Numbered from the whole stretch's first letter, positions 13,011-25,418 are shown. The stretch is DNA of 63,310 nt, filler included, from Asterionella formosa (GCA_002256025.1; 14 parts of 14 records of this genome joined end to end with filler, not necessarily neighbours in it), one strand, 5' to 3'. The notes: generated by a model from the sequence alone, not told the origin. Translations and numbers: made by a program.

Positions 13011-13820
13011 CAAGTAGCCGCCAAGAAGGGTACTGTTGAAGCAATTCACAACCTATCTATCGTCTCGCCATTCTCTTAGTACCTACTGCTCACAAGTAAA
13101 GCATAAATGTCATTTTTAGGTTGCTATTGTCCATCATTTAAAATGTATTTTTTGTTTTTCCAATATTCTCATCAAATCTTGCCAAAGGTCCGATATTGCC
13201 CATCATAACAATATATTTTATATCTTTCATGTGTTTTCTTTTCGGCAATCCAATTTACGCCAATGAACCCTCGGTTCTCCACTCCTGGGATTGCTGAAAT
13301 TGGCAAGGGGTCTACTTGGTGAGGAACCCATTTTTATATACTCTCAAGTAATATTCACCTTGTTTTTGTTCCTCACCTGAAAAGTGACTCCAGCAATTTG
13401 CCTCCTGTCATCATGCCGATCATCGTCCATCATGACCAGTCTGAAGCGAAATAAGTTCATTGATGACGCCAGCAGTGGCGATTTGTTGTCAAACAGATGC
13501 GGTTGGTTGTTGGATTGCTTGTTGTCTTCTCATGGGATTCATATACTTGCATTGTCCATATTTCTTCGGACGAACAATGATTTCGGTCTATCTGATGTTG
13601 GAAGCAAGTTTTTCCTCCGGTCATGCATGTGATGATGCTTAACAAATATTCTAGTAATATAGCCTACATATGTTTGGGCTTGCAACAGGGACCTTCCAAC
13701 TTTGGATAGCTAGATCCAATTGGATGCTGCTTGTTATGCTAGTTAGAGAGGATTGGTGAGTACAACAGTGAAACACTGAATGTGGAATGAAGATACTATT
13801 TGCCGAATTTCCGATTCCAG
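13011..13820. repeat. Dispersed repeat, homologous in reverse orientation to 23857-24880
   Basis: Example matches: 13011 CAAGTAGCCGCCAAGAAGGG vs the reverse complement of 24861-24880, and ~13725-13790 vs the reverse complement of ~23880-23950. Confidence 0.8.
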
Positions 13821-14331
13821 TGTTGTTTATTGTTCCATACTGTCATTTTGGTTCTGTTGTATCTATCTACACAAGAAGGGCCAATGTATGTTTCAATGCC
13901 TACTCTTTGAAGATGTATTGTGCCATTGTTGGTCTTATTTGTTGATTGGTATAGTCATTGACCATGATGTCAATATTGCCACCATGCAATGCTTTTCTGG
14001 CTGTCTTTCTAAAATCAGCAATTTTCATGCGGAAAAATTCGATGTGCCCCACATTGCCCCTAAAAAAAAATTACTTAAAGCCTATAAAATACTTAGAAGT
14101 ACCCGAGTGGCAAGACGATAGCTGGAGCGGGAATTGCCGAGATGATGTGTCTCCCACCACCGATCAACAAAGTAAAAAACCAGCAAGATGAAAGAAAATA
14201 TTATTTGTACCTACGTGACTACCGGGGAGGTAGCAACATCACATCACAACGGTACCTGGTACCTGATGGTTTATTTGTCCAGACAAAAGACTATTATTAC
14301 CGGTGGTTGTCCAACAATGTTCGATCTTACC

Positions 14332-15537
14332 ATGACGGAACAAAACTCCAGCAGCAACGACGAGGAAGCCGCGAAGAATGAAGAAGAGGGCCACAAGATG
14401 TTTGTGTCACGAATTCATTCTAGTTTTGATGAGGCAACTGTACTCCGATTGTTTCAAGACAAGCTTGGCGCAGAGTCCATTGTGGAAGTGGCGCTGGTGT
14501 ATGCAAAGCCCGAAGACAGCGGCGAGGCAGCTGCAGCAGCGAACGGCGATATCGGCAAAGGAAATGAAATACTAGAGCATCGTGGGTTTGCATTTGTTAC
14601 GCTGACTTCGAATGAAGCAAAAGAAAAGGCGCTGGAGCTAGGAACCATCCGAGGCGGCGCTAAGCCGAACTCTTCGAAAAAGCACACCATGTACCTTCGT
14701 CCAATTGTCAGAGAGGACGAACGAGAGTCAGAGAGTCTCGACAAGGGAATTTGCTTTCTCTGGACCAAATTGCGGTGTCCGTACGGCGACACTTGCAAGT
14801 TTAACCACGAAGGCGAAGGGGGTTGCTTGGTGAAAAGTAGCTCGCACGAGAAGAAGAAAAAGTGTTTTGATTTTAAAAAAGGGAAGTGCAAACTCGGAGA
14901 CAAGTGCCTATTTTCTCACGATTTTACTGTCGAAGTGAAGAAAGACGCAGTCACTGATACGCGCCCTCAGAATGAAAAGGACTGCATCAATTGGAAGACC
15001 AAGGGAAAGTGTCGAAAGGGTGACAAGTGTCCCTACCGTCACGAAGAAGCAGTTCGAGAAGCAGTATTGACGAAGAAGGGAATGAAGAGGCAAAGAGGAG
15101 ACGAAGAGGAGGAAAAGAGGAGGCAACCGTTATCGGTCCGCGTCTTTGGATTATGTTATGAGACCACAGAGCAAGATGTGAGGGCTTACTTTCAGGAATG
15201 TGGCACAATCGTTGAGATTACATTCCCAAAGTTTGAGGACAGTGGTAGAAGTAAAGGGTACTGTGGGGTACTCTTCCAATCACCAAAGGCCGTCACCAAG
15301 GCGGTAGAGAAGGATGGATCGGAGTTGCATGGAAGATGGTTGTCGGTGCAGCCTGGTAAGATGTATTTGAGAAAATGGGAAGCTCACGAAGATGCTCGAA
15401 AGGATGGTATCACCAACAACGAGCATGGCGATGATGAGACTAATGAGCTCTCGAATCAGGAAAGAGAGTCTCAAAGGGTCGGAGAGTTCGGCCAAAAAGT
15501 CAAAATCCGAAAGAAGCACGGGTTTGCAACAGAATAA
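14332..15537 (+). CDS. RNA-binding protein with RRM - 3x CCCH zinc finger - RRM architecture (alternative start 14317)
   Basis: RRM1 is MFVSRI...RGFAFVT. The CCCH fingers are CFLWTKLRCPYGDTCKFNH, CFDFKKGKCKLGDKCLFSH and CINWKTKGKCRKGDKCPYRH. RRM2 is VRVFGLCYETTEQDV...SGRSKGYCGVLF. The ORF has no intron. Confidence 0.92.
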   Translation: MTEQNSSSNDEEAAKNEEEGHKMFVSRIHSSFDEATVLRLFQDKLGAESIVEVALVYAKPEDSGEAAAAANGDIGKGNEILEHRGFAFVTLTSNEAKEKALELGTIRGGAKPNSSKKHTMYLRPIVREDERESESLDKGICFLWTKLRCPYGDTCKFNHEGEGGCLVKSSSHEKKKKCFDFKKGKCKLGDKCLFSHDFTVEVKKDAVTDTRPQNEKDCINWKTKGKCRKGDKCPYRHEEAVREAVLTKKGMKRQRGDEEEEKRRQPLSVRVFGLCYETTEQDVRAYFQECGTIVEITFPKFEDSGRSKGYCGVLFQSPKAVTKAVEKDGSELHGRWLSVQPGKMYLRKWEAHEDARKDGITNNEHGDDETNELSNQERESQRVGEFGQKVKIRKKHGFATE

Positions 15538-15769
15538 ATGTATTAATGTCAAAGTTCCAACTTATTTCGCCCCGAACATGTTTTGTCATCATTCATCAAC
15601 TATGATGTGGCTGTCCAGCAAGGAATTGCGGCGTAAAAAACTACTCCAAGAGAAACCTACTATGATGCTGTTATAAATAAGTTTGTTTACAAAAGATTAG
15701 ACAACAACATAAATTCCGACGAGCACAGTGACTATACATATATTGGGGATCGCGATATGAGCCTTTTGA

Positions 15770-17124
15770 TTACGTCAGACCAATATCAAGGAAGGCATTT
15801 GAAATTTGATTCATGGCTTGTGCTTGAGTTCGCAAGGAAGGCAGCTCTCCAGACATTTGACCGCTGTCTTCACTATATAACTCGGAGGTAATCGCTGCGT
15901 CTCCTGCTACTAAATGAAAGCTGAGTCGAGCAATCACATTTTTGATCCCATTCACCACCCTATCTCTTTCCTCATAGGAACTGGTCTCGAACAAATACAC
16001 GTCTCCTTTAATCGTTGTGACCGAGAAGAAGCACATATCTGCAATTTCACCATCATCCCTGACATCATCTCTATCCGCGGAATCCAAGACGTTTTGAATG
16101 TCCAACAAGTCAACTTCTACAGTAACAGGCTCAGCATTACCGCCACCCATCGAGGTCCATGTCAATCTGGGCTGGACTAATTGGGTTGCATGTGAATTGC
16201 CCAACCGAATATACATGGTAACTGATCTACCGGTCCAGACTTCCTCTTTTGACGTGTTTGCGAGATGGTAGAGCAATGGTAAGCCATCTTGAGTAAGTTC
16301 CTGTGGTCGCGGAAAGAGGGTGCGGGACGATGAGCTAATTGAGAAAAAAGAAGCGACAACGGCTGCGGCGTATTCAAGTCGATTCTCACCTTTATAAACG
16401 TGAGCGTAAATTCCCTGTTAAAATAGGGTCGCTTCGAGCTCCGTTTATGCAGTTCTGTTCCGCACATGGTATCGTAAAACGATTCCATGATTCTACGACT
16501 TGCATCCATGGTTGTACTGGATTCGCAGTTAAACGCGCCCAACAGGCGTCGCGCCAAAGCTTCTGGCAGGGGTGGCGGTGGAGGGGGTGGTTCGTCGTCG
16601 TCATCTTTCATGGCGTGTAGCTCCTTGGATGCCGCCTTCTCAAAATCCAAAATGGTGGGATCTTCTGGCCCACGGAATTCCGCCTGATCAAAGGGCTCCT
16701 CCTCCTCTTCTTCCTCTTGGTAATCTGGAACATCCTCACTTGGTGTCACTTCCACAGCAAGCGGTGATTCGTCCACGAGTGGCTGATCCGTGACGATACC
16801 TTGAATGACAATTTCTAGAGATTCCTCGTCCCTCTGAGAAACAACATTCAGGGAGGCAAGGACAGGACTGGGAGTTTCTGCTTCCGTCGCAGGTGTCGTG
16901 GGCAGATCACCGCTTCCTGCGACTACGGGAGTACCGAACTCCTTGGAGTGCACTTTGGTGAGTCCTCCACTCTCGTCAGGGACATTTTCACTGACTCTCT
17001 CAGGTGAGTTGTCAGCGACAGCAGGTTCGGGAATGGATGCATTCGGTACGAGTGTCGTCTTGTCTAACACAGCTTTTCGCTTCTTTGCGCCATTTTTCTT
17101 TTTGCCAAATCCCAAGAATTTCAT
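15770..17124 (-). CDS. ~421-aa protein with a long acidic/Pro-rich disordered N-terminus and a C-terminal PH-like domain; exons 17124-16390 and 16300-15770
   Basis: An 89-nt GTGAG...CAG intron (16389-16301) joins ..LTFIK|ELTQDGLPLLYH.. in frame. The C-terminal beta-strands and helix (FSVTTIKGDVYLFETSSYEERDRVVNGIKNVIARL) are typical of a PH fold. Confidence 0.78.
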
Positions 17125-17798
17125 AATGCTGGCAATTCACAGAACCGAATTTCGAGCCTCGCGAAAAAAATGACAATGGATTGTGTTGCGATGCTTCCGC
17201 AATGGATGCTTCCACTCGAGGTCAACGGGATGTTTTTGTCAGATGAGTAGAGTGGCAGATGTGTATAGCGCGATGATATTATTCTGATGTTGTGGGTCTA
17301 CTACTGGTGTTGGTACCCTATACACCGTATTAGTCTGCATTAGTCTTGGGTAAACCTAGGAGGACTATTTAAATAATAATACATTTTTGTGGAGGGCTGC
17401 AATGTTGAGTGAGGCTGGTACCCTTGTTTATGCTTTGATATACATTTATATATATTGTATATAAATCTATAAGTACTTATGTATTATCATTGATAAATAG
17501 GGACGCATCGTCATCAATCACAGGTAATCAATCAATGAAAGAGACATCAGCTTTGCTGCACGCCGTCCTCATGCATGATGTGTGGAAAAGCAACAAAGCT
17601 GGTATGATGTTGAATTGCTAACCAAAAAATAAAAACAGGGTTTGCTCGTCAGCATTCATGACAATTGTAAAGCGAGACAGTAAGTCGTTTCAGACAGTGG
17701 CGTTGAATATTGGCGGAAATTGAGTTTTCCCCACAAGACTCGACAACCTGCCGAAATATTTCAGTTTTCACGAATCAATATCAGGTTTGACCGCTAAT

Positions 17799-17993
17799 GT
17801 ACCGGTACCGGTAATGTCATTGTGAACTTCTCGACGTAGTACCTGGTACCTGGTACCAGTACCGGTAAGCGTTATCATGCTTTGTTATGTGTAGTCTACA
17901 TAAACATTGGGGTACCAGTACCAGGTACCTGGCACCTGGTATCACATTGAATGTACAACACAAATTACGGGTACCAGGTACCAGGTACCGGTA
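17799..17993. repeat. Cluster of chained TA-CC(W)GG-TA palindromic units
   Basis: 17840-17867 reads TA-CCTGG-TA-CCTGG-TA-CCAG-TA-CCGG-TA. 17966-17993 reads TA-CGGG-TA-CCAGG-TA-CCAGG-TA-CCGG-TA. Confidence 0.85.
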
Positions 17994-18473
17994 GTTTAGT
18001 CTNNNNNNNNNNNNNNNNNNNNNNNNNNNNNNNNNNNNNNNNNNNNTTAATTAATTAANNNNNNNNNNNNNNNNNNNNNNNNNNNNNNNNNNNNNNNNNN
18101 NNATTTAGACCGTTCAATTGCCGCAAGGGTTTTGGTAGCAAATTGTTTAAGCCCCTTTTTTGGTTGGGAGCTCTTCATGTGTACCGGTACATCATATGAC
18201 AATAACAATATATCATATATATATACAGAGTACCAGTAGCAGGTAGTAAGTGATATACTGGGGGTAGTCGGAGTAGTAAACTAGCAACAGAACACCATAT
18301 GTACAGGACTGTTGCTACTGCAGTGGGACAGTAAATCATCATAGTTTTAGGATCATATGATCGTAAAACTAAAAACCAATAGAACACCATATGTAGGACC
18401 AGGCTGACGAGTTACTACCGGTACCAGGTAGTACGTCTACATCTTTTGTCAGCACCTTTAAGTAGCACTTACG

Positions 18474-19016
18474 GTTATGGTGGTACTATGTTTTTCCCTA
18501 TTATTTTCTGTCGCAGCTCTGTAAAGGCTGCGATGTACAGTTATGGTGGTACTATGTTTTTCCCTATTATTTTCTGTCGCAGCTCCGTAGAGAGGCTGTG
18601 AAAGTCAAAGCGCTGCCCCCCCCCCCACCCATTACTGTGCGTTGCAACGGCCCGCAACAGGGTGGCTGTGGTTATGGAGCAGGGGGTAGAACGCCACAAC
18701 ATGACGAAGTCCCAAGGATCATGAATGGGAAGAAAACTTTGCTGCATTCTGGTGGTACCATTGGACTTGGGAAACAGCGAGGAAGGTTGTATCCCGCCGT
18801 ATCAAACGGTTTCGAATAAGAGGAGTTGGAACGAAGAGATGTGACAAGAACTGCCCTGACACTTCTGTCCGACTTGGTCGATGGATGTCTCCCGCCTATT
18901 TGTGACTTCCTACGCAACACAACAAAACTTGCCAAAACGACGAATCAAACGGGTTTCGAATATGAGGAGTGGTTGGAACGAAGAGACTTGTCATAAACAT
19001 GACACTTCTGTCCGAC
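18474..19016 (+). repeat. Two local tandem duplications (18474-18530/18540-18598 and ~18801-18873/~18944-19016)
   Basis: GTTATGGTGGTACTATGTTTTTCCCTATTATTTTCTGTCGCAGCTC occurs twice with a 66-nt period. ATCAAACGG..TTCGAATA..GAG..TTGGAACGAAGAGA...GACACTTCTGTCCGACT also occurs twice. Confidence 0.8.
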
Positions 19017-19249
19017 TCAGTTGATGGCGCAAAAGACCCGACACCAGAGTCCGGTTATTTGCAAATGGCTGTACTTGATTAAAAACAAATAACCATTTTG
19101 TTAGTAACTATTTATGAGTAAATACAAATTCTTACTTCCATCTTTCCCCNNNNNNNNNNNNNNNNNNNNNNNNNNNNNNNNNNNNNNNNNNNNTTAATTA
19201 ATTAANNNNNNNNNNNNNNNNNNNNNNNNNNNNNNNNNNNNNNNNNNNN

Positions 19250-20296
19250 AATGGTCCGTTGCCTCAAACTTGCTTGGCGTGTGCGTGCACACACTGTCGA
19301 CTTGTTTTCAATGGTATGTTGTTCTTGTATTCACTGTTGAACTTGTCCGCATCTTTGTTACCATCAATAGAGCGACGCAGACGAAGTGGGTCTCTTCATT
19401 GTTGTTTGCTCCTGGAAAAGTCGGTGTCCGTGTCATCCTCATCAATAGAGAGACAAGTTCTTTCGTTGGAAAAATTGGTACCGTATCATCATTCGCTCGT
19501 TCGAGCCACTGTCCGTTGCCTCAAACCTGATTAGCGTGTGAGTACCGGTATGTGCACTGTCGACTTTAGTACATTACAGGCGGAGTGACTTCGCAACTAA
19601 ATTGCGTGATATAATAATATACCCTGTAGCACGATGCAGAATACCGGTACAGTTGGTTCCCAATCATCTCATCATGATTGATAAGATGACACTGTGATAT
19701 CATGATAAGGTTACATCGATGTTTACATCACCAAAGTATGATACGTAATATTGAATTAAGTACATCACATAGCTATGATACATTGATCATAAAACTATGA
19801 TGATTTTATCAAATGTATATGATATAATTTTGATCAAAATATGATCATGTAAAAATAGTACAATGACAATAAAATACGATAAAATATCTACACAAGTGTT
19901 GTTAAGACATCATAGAAAATAAATCAAGCAATCATAAAGTATGTTAATTAATATATGTGTTTGTTGTTTAATGTATACAGTTGAAGTCAACACTTAATAT
20001 GATAGTATTTTACAGTGGATAGGATCTAAGTATACGGATGCGTTGATACCGGTATGTACATCACTATAATATGATTTGTGATACGGATTGATGAATATCA
20101 CATACCGGTATCCTCAACAACCAGCCATCACGTTCATTGTCGTGTCGTCTTTCCTTGTTTTAGCTATACATGTGCCAGCATGTGTATTGTGTAAACACTA
20201 CGCTGGCGGAACATGCATATTACACTGTGCTCTGTTCAACAATTACTACACTCGGTTACCATCACACCAGTTCCACCTCCACAGGCGCCGCAATAA
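19250..20296. repeat. ~1-kb dispersed repeat, homologous in reverse orientation to ~58660-59700
   Basis: Spurious ORFs pair up between the copies (19259..19534 vs 59395..59751; 20088..20348 vs 58657..58887) and nucleotide similarity is collinear. An internal unit beginning CCGTTGCCTCAAAC recurs at ~19256 and ~19513. Confidence 0.88.
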
Positions 20297-21542
20297 NNNN
20301 NNNNNNNNNNNNNNNNNNNNNNNNNNNNNNNNNNNNNNNNTTAATTAATTAANNNNNNNNNNNNNNNNNNNNNNNNNNNNNNNNNNNNNNNNNNNNGGGC
20401 AAGAATTCGTGGTTCTGTTCTCAGCGTATCTGCATGTTTAGACATGATGAAAAGAACAAGGACCGCGATTCATCGTGGAAGGTGCCCAATTTGTAATAAC
20501 AAACTGATGGAAGAAGTAAGACGGCGCTCAATTTGCTTCGTTGTTTGACATCATACATACTAGGTATATGTCATACCAGTGGTATAGTCCACATGTCTAC
20601 ACGCGCCACATAATCATAAATGAATACCGGTACATGAATTTCCTGTTCCATCAAAAATGCATTGCTCTGCGTCTTGTTCATCATTTTAGCATACCGTAGT
20701 CGTAGGCGGAATACGGTCGACCTCGTTTGTTATCTCTCCTACGCAGCTACAGTCTTGGTCCGTTTTAAATTACCAAGAAAACAAAAGCAAGATCTAATAT
20801 TCAAAATATGGTGCATACATCTATAAAATAAGGAGTTGGTAAATTTGTCAAGCTTTGCCAACGAGACTGAAGGTTCGCCCCTTCAGAAAGTTGGTTCATT
20901 TTAAGTATTTAAAGGGAACATGACGCAAAATCGAATAGAAAGAATACCGGTAGACAACTATAGTAGGATTAGCACTTGATGAGCAATTAGCGAGAATTTG
21001 ACAGAGGGATGGTCAAAAACACAGAACTAATAAGCGATGGAAGAATCCGTGGTACACAACACATCGCACAACCTATAGCACTCTAGAAGTGGAAAGATCG
21101 TGTCGGTGAAAATTACTAACTGTTTTACATCAGTAGCGTGCCGTGACCAAGGTTGATCCATGTAAATTTTCTCAATGAAAAGACGGGGGCATGGGGCTTT
21201 ACTTCTTCAAGCAATGCGTTCATCACATTATTTTGCATTCCACCTTGAGCTCATGAAACCCTTGGCTCTACATCAGTTCTGTTGGAGCAAAAGTCTTAAA
21301 TGGGAGTTTTGTATACATTCAATGATGCAATTTCATTTAGTACAAAACATCCTTGCCTCCCAAGACAACTAAAACAGCAACAGCAGCCATGATGTAAAGC
21401 AAGACGTTGGTTTGGGGTTTGTCAGCATCCAAGCCAACCTGANNNNNNNNNNNNNNNNNNNNNNNNNNNNNNNNNNNNNNNNNNNNTTAATTAATTAANN
21501 NNNNNNNNNNNNNNNNNNNNNNNNNNNNNNNNNNNNNNNNNN

Positions 21543-21630
21543 TGAGGGCGGGCTTACCCGAAAAAATACGTTTTAAATGAGTTACAGCCATAGACATAAT
21601 TAAAAATTCTATTTCTGTAATTAAACTATT
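21543..21630. repeat. Short diverged dispersed repeat, inverted copy at ~34671-34753
   Basis: CGAAAAAATrCGTTTT..ATGAGTTACA..TAGACAT...TTTCTGTAATTAAAyTATT is shared between the two sites. Confidence 0.55.
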
Positions 21631-22104
21631 AAGATATAAATAAAGTAATCGAAATCAATTTAACATACATAAATTCATTGGGTACATGTTTACATCAAGC
21701 AATACTCATGCATTGATGTTGCTGGTATGATGATTATCATCATCATCATTTTTGTCAAAATGGATACTGACATGCAAAACATGATGACTGTCCCTCCCTG
21801 ATGGTCATATCATCCTTGGCTTGATGGTAATCAATAATGGTCGCAGTTGTGATCATCTTCACTGTTGCGGATCAACAGTGAAAGGTCGATCAGTGTTTCA
21901 CTTCAATTTATGAGGTACAGTCCTGGACGAGGTCCTCCAAAAATTCGAGGACACAATGAAGGTGACAAAAAACTGTGATATCTACCCACAAGGTCAAAGG
22001 TGTAGAGTGAGTATCTTTCCAAGAGGATTGCACATGACGTGTTTGTGGCAGTACAGAATGTTGATTGTACTACTGCTGTAGTATTTGAACTGCTAAAAGG
22101 GAGT

Positions 22105-22500
22105 TAATACTTGTCCTTTTGTCATCCAAAAATTTCAAAGAGGATTGGATCAATGGTTCTTGGAACAACCGGTACATTGGGAAGGTCCCATTCCCCAACC
22201 GGAGGATGTCATAGGTGAAGCCACCTTTTCCAAATCAACCGGATGATATAGGTTGGGACCAAGCTATGAGGGTCAAATTAGCAAATATTGGGGCAAAGCA
22301 AATGCGCTATATTGTAGGGCAAGGGCAATTCAGAATGCAACGGAATTAGACACTCAACGGACAGTGAAATTTATAAAATTTTTGCGGAATTTTGGAATTG
22401 TTTGTTGGGCATCTCCAAACTCCCTGTTATATGGAACCTCCGACGAGGAGAAGGATCAGAAGTTGACACAGGAGGTTGATCAGGTTAAAATTTGGTTATG
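22105..22500 (+). pseudogene. Frameshifted remnant of the C-terminal region of a non-LTR retrotransposon (LINE) ORF
   Basis: Read across frameshifts it gives TCPFVIQKFQRGLDQW...QPDDIGWDQAMR/GQISKYWGKA...FIKFLRNFGIVCWASPNSLLYG. This resembles the Q-x-x-IGW-x5-G-x-x-S-x-x-W ... W-x-x-RN-x-x-L-x-G pattern I recall from diatom LINE C-termini. Confidence 0.5.
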
Positions 22501-22688
22501 GGGAAAAAGACGAAAATGTGAGTCCTCTACTAATCACTGTTCTTCTGCCATGCAGCGTCCGTAGACACTGCTGGTACAACTTTCCCGTNNNNNNNNNNNN
22601 NNNNNNNNNNNNNNNNNNNNNNNNNNNNNNNNTTAATTAATTAANNNNNNNNNNNNNNNNNNNNNNNNNNNNNNNNNNNNNNNNNNNN

Positions 22689-23722
22689 GCGGCTCGTCTC
22701 CGGGATGACTTCATGGGTCCCATCTCATGGTTCCTTGGTATCTACTTTGCCTGGCACCCCAACGCCTCCACTGGTCACCTCAGTGTTCATTTATCCCAGG
22801 AGGCTTACCTTCGCAATCTCCTTGACCGGTTTGATATGGTGGATTGTCGCCATACACACCCCTACCCCTTATCGCTCTGGCCTGGTCTATGACCGCATTG
22901 TGCCTGATGGTGCTGAACTTTCTCCCAAAGCTCGCGCGGCCATTATTACACAATACCAGTCACTCATTGGGGCTCTCAATTGGCTGCCTGTCAGCACACA
23001 TCCTGATGCCTCTGTTGCCCTCACTCTCCTGGCTCAGCACAACTCCTATGCCACCCCCGCTCACCTGCTTTTAGGTGCCATGTATGTGTTACGATACCTG
23101 GCTGGCTATGCCAATCATGGCATCGCCTTTACCTCGCAATTTGCTTCCTCATACCTCTCCACCACCATTGGTTGTTGGCCCAAGGACACTCCCACTCTCA
23201 CCACTTACACCGATGCCAACTGGGGCCCGCAAGATGCTTCCAAACCCAACCCCACCGACATCATCTCTCTTGCCGAGTGCTGCTCCCTTCTTGGTTCCAT
23301 CAGTACACGTACAGGTGACCCCATCGCCTGGCATGTCATTCGTGAACCTTGCATGAGCCGCAGTACCTGCGAATCTGAAATCAAATCTGTGGATGAGGGC
23401 ACCAAGGTTACCCAATTCATCCACCATATCCTTCGTGACCTGCACATGCCTGATGTCACTCTCCCCCACCCCTCTTTGGAATGACAACAGAGGTGCTGTG
23501 GACTGGTCCCACAACTGTGCTAACAAAAAGATGCAGCATATTAATATCCGCAACATGGCTGTGTGCGACGCTCACCGGTTTTCCGAAATCTTTGTCACCC
23601 ACCTCCCAGGGGATACCAATGTTGCTGATCTGTTCACCAAAGAACATAAAGATGATGCCCATTTTCTCCGCCTCCGCAATATTATTGTCCTGTCTCATGG
23701 GAATTTTCTCACTTGAGGGGGG
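22689..23722 (+). mobile_element. Degenerate Ty1/copia 3' end: RT C-terminus, RNase H and polypurine tract
   Basis: Motifs in order: FMGPISWFLGI..HLSQEAYL (frameshift), TPYRSG, YQSLIGALNWL, YTDANWGPQD, SRSTCESEIKSVDE (frameshift), LWNDNRGAVDWS, HINIR, NVADLFTKE. The stop at 23716 overlaps the purine tract GAGGGGGG (23715-23722). Confidence 0.9.
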
Positions 23723-23856
23723 TTTTGGTACCATNNNNNNNNNNNNNNNNNNNNNNNNNNNNNNNNNNNNNNNNNNNNTTAATTAATTAANNNNNNNNNN
23801 NNNNNNNNNNNNNNNNNNNNNNNNNNNNNNNNNNCAAAACAAACCACGGAAGCAAT

Positions 23857-24880
23857 CAAATCGGAAAGTCGATAAATACGATCTACAATCCACATTCAGT
23901 ATTTCACTGTTGTACTCACCGATCCGCTTCAACTAGCATAACAAGCAGCAGACGATGGGATAAAAGAAAGACGAACATTGCCTACTATTGCAAGCCCGAA
24001 TAGAGCAAAGGCAGGCAAGATAGAGTGAGAACTATATTTGTGAGGACGAAATCGGGCATACGGTACGTAAAATCAATGAATATGTGAACGATATAATTCA
24101 ACATTTCAGGTCTCGTAAAAATAATACCGAGTCTACAGTGATAATATTATAACGTGTTCAAAGTAAGCGTTAAAGCATGCATGGTTGTTTTTAGTACCAC
24201 GTACGTATGTAGACTAGATGACTGCCGGTTCCGGTAGAATATCCGTTAAGCATCATTACATACATGACCGGAGCAAAAACTTGCCACCAACATCAGATGT
24301 ATCGATATCATCGTGCGTCCGACGAAATATGGACAATGCGACTACATGAATACCTCGAGAAGACAAGCAATCCAACAATCAACCGCATCCGTTAGGCAAA
24401 GAATCGCTCCTGGCGTCATCGCGGAACTGATTTCGCTTCAAACCGGTCATGATGGACGACGATTGGCATGGTGAAAGGTGAATTGCCGGAGTCCACTTTT
24501 CAGGAGACGAACAAAAACGAGGTGAATTCTAGATATAAATTATTAAAATCTGAATAGTATATAAAATGGTTTCCTTAAGTAGACCCCTTGCCGATTTCGG
24601 CAATCCCAGGGCTGGAAAACCGAGGGGCAATTGGTGTTTGTTGTCTTGCCAAGATGCGAACATATGAAATATACAAAATATATTTTAATGATGGGCAATA
24701 TCGGACCTTTGGCAATTTTCGAGGTGAAGATAGGAAATATACAAAATATATTTTATATGATGGGCAATAGTAGGCTAAAATTGACATTTATGCTAAATTT
24801 GTGGGCAGTAGGTAAGCGAATGACGCGACGATAGCTAGAGCGGGAATTGCCTCAACAATACCCTTCTCGGCGGCTACTTG
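23857..24880. repeat. Dispersed repeat (second copy of 13011-13820, inverted, with an extra internal segment)
   Basis: Collinear reverse-complement similarity to 13011-13820. Confidence 0.8.
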
Positions 24881-24980
24881 NNNNNNNNNNNNNNNNNNNN
24901 NNNNNNNNNNNNNNNNNNNNNNNNTTAATTAATTAANNNNNNNNNNNNNNNNNNNNNNNNNNNNNNNNNNNNNNNNNNNN

Positions 24981-25252
24981 ATATTTGCCATGCTGCCAGC
25001 TCGTCTGACACATATATGTTGATTGTATGATAGGGTATATAAACATTGAGCGATGGAGAACGTTTATGTATATATTTATTGAATTCGAAAAGGAATCTAT
25101 GTATGTATGCGCAAATTTCCAGTGATTCAAATATTTCAATTGGAATCACGTCATTCAAAATTAACTCATAAAAATTCTTAGTTCCAGGGAATTTCGGCAA
25201 CCTTAAGCAATATTTTAATTTTTGCCTAGGGGTTCAAATGCAGGAACCTTAA
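24981..25252 (-). mobile_element. Terminus of a young TTAA-targeting DNA transposon (Kolobok-like end)
   Basis: 25025-25252 is the reverse complement of 63083-63310, with about 2 mismatches in 228 nt. Identity ends exactly at TTAA|GGTTCCTGCATTTGAACCCC. Confidence 0.7.
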
Positions 25253-25373
25253 ACCCAAGTTGTTTTTTCCTGTAGGCCTCTGGCATGTGTCTACTGGATC
25301 ATTATAATGCTGGCACGGTATTGATCTGAAAATACTAGTGGAAGCACCGTGTTACAACAGTATTTGCCATTAG

Positions 25374-25418
25374 AAAAATTAAACCCCCGGGGTTTAATTT
25401 TTTGGTTTAATTAAACCA
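25374..25418. repeat. Two abutting perfect palindromes
   Basis: AAAAATTAAACCCC-C-GGGGTTTAATTTTT (25374-25402) is followed immediately by TGGTTTAATTAAACCA (25403-25418). Confidence 0.8.

Noticed and set aside
14188..14316. N-terminal extension of the RRM-CCCH ORF
   Set aside because: It contains GTWY-type text produced by TACC(W)GGTA units and is probably upstream or UTR sequence; starts at 14317 or 14332 fit better.
18474..18598. CRISPR-like repeat-spacer pattern
   Set aside because: Only two copies, no regular spacers, no cas genes, and a eukaryotic context.
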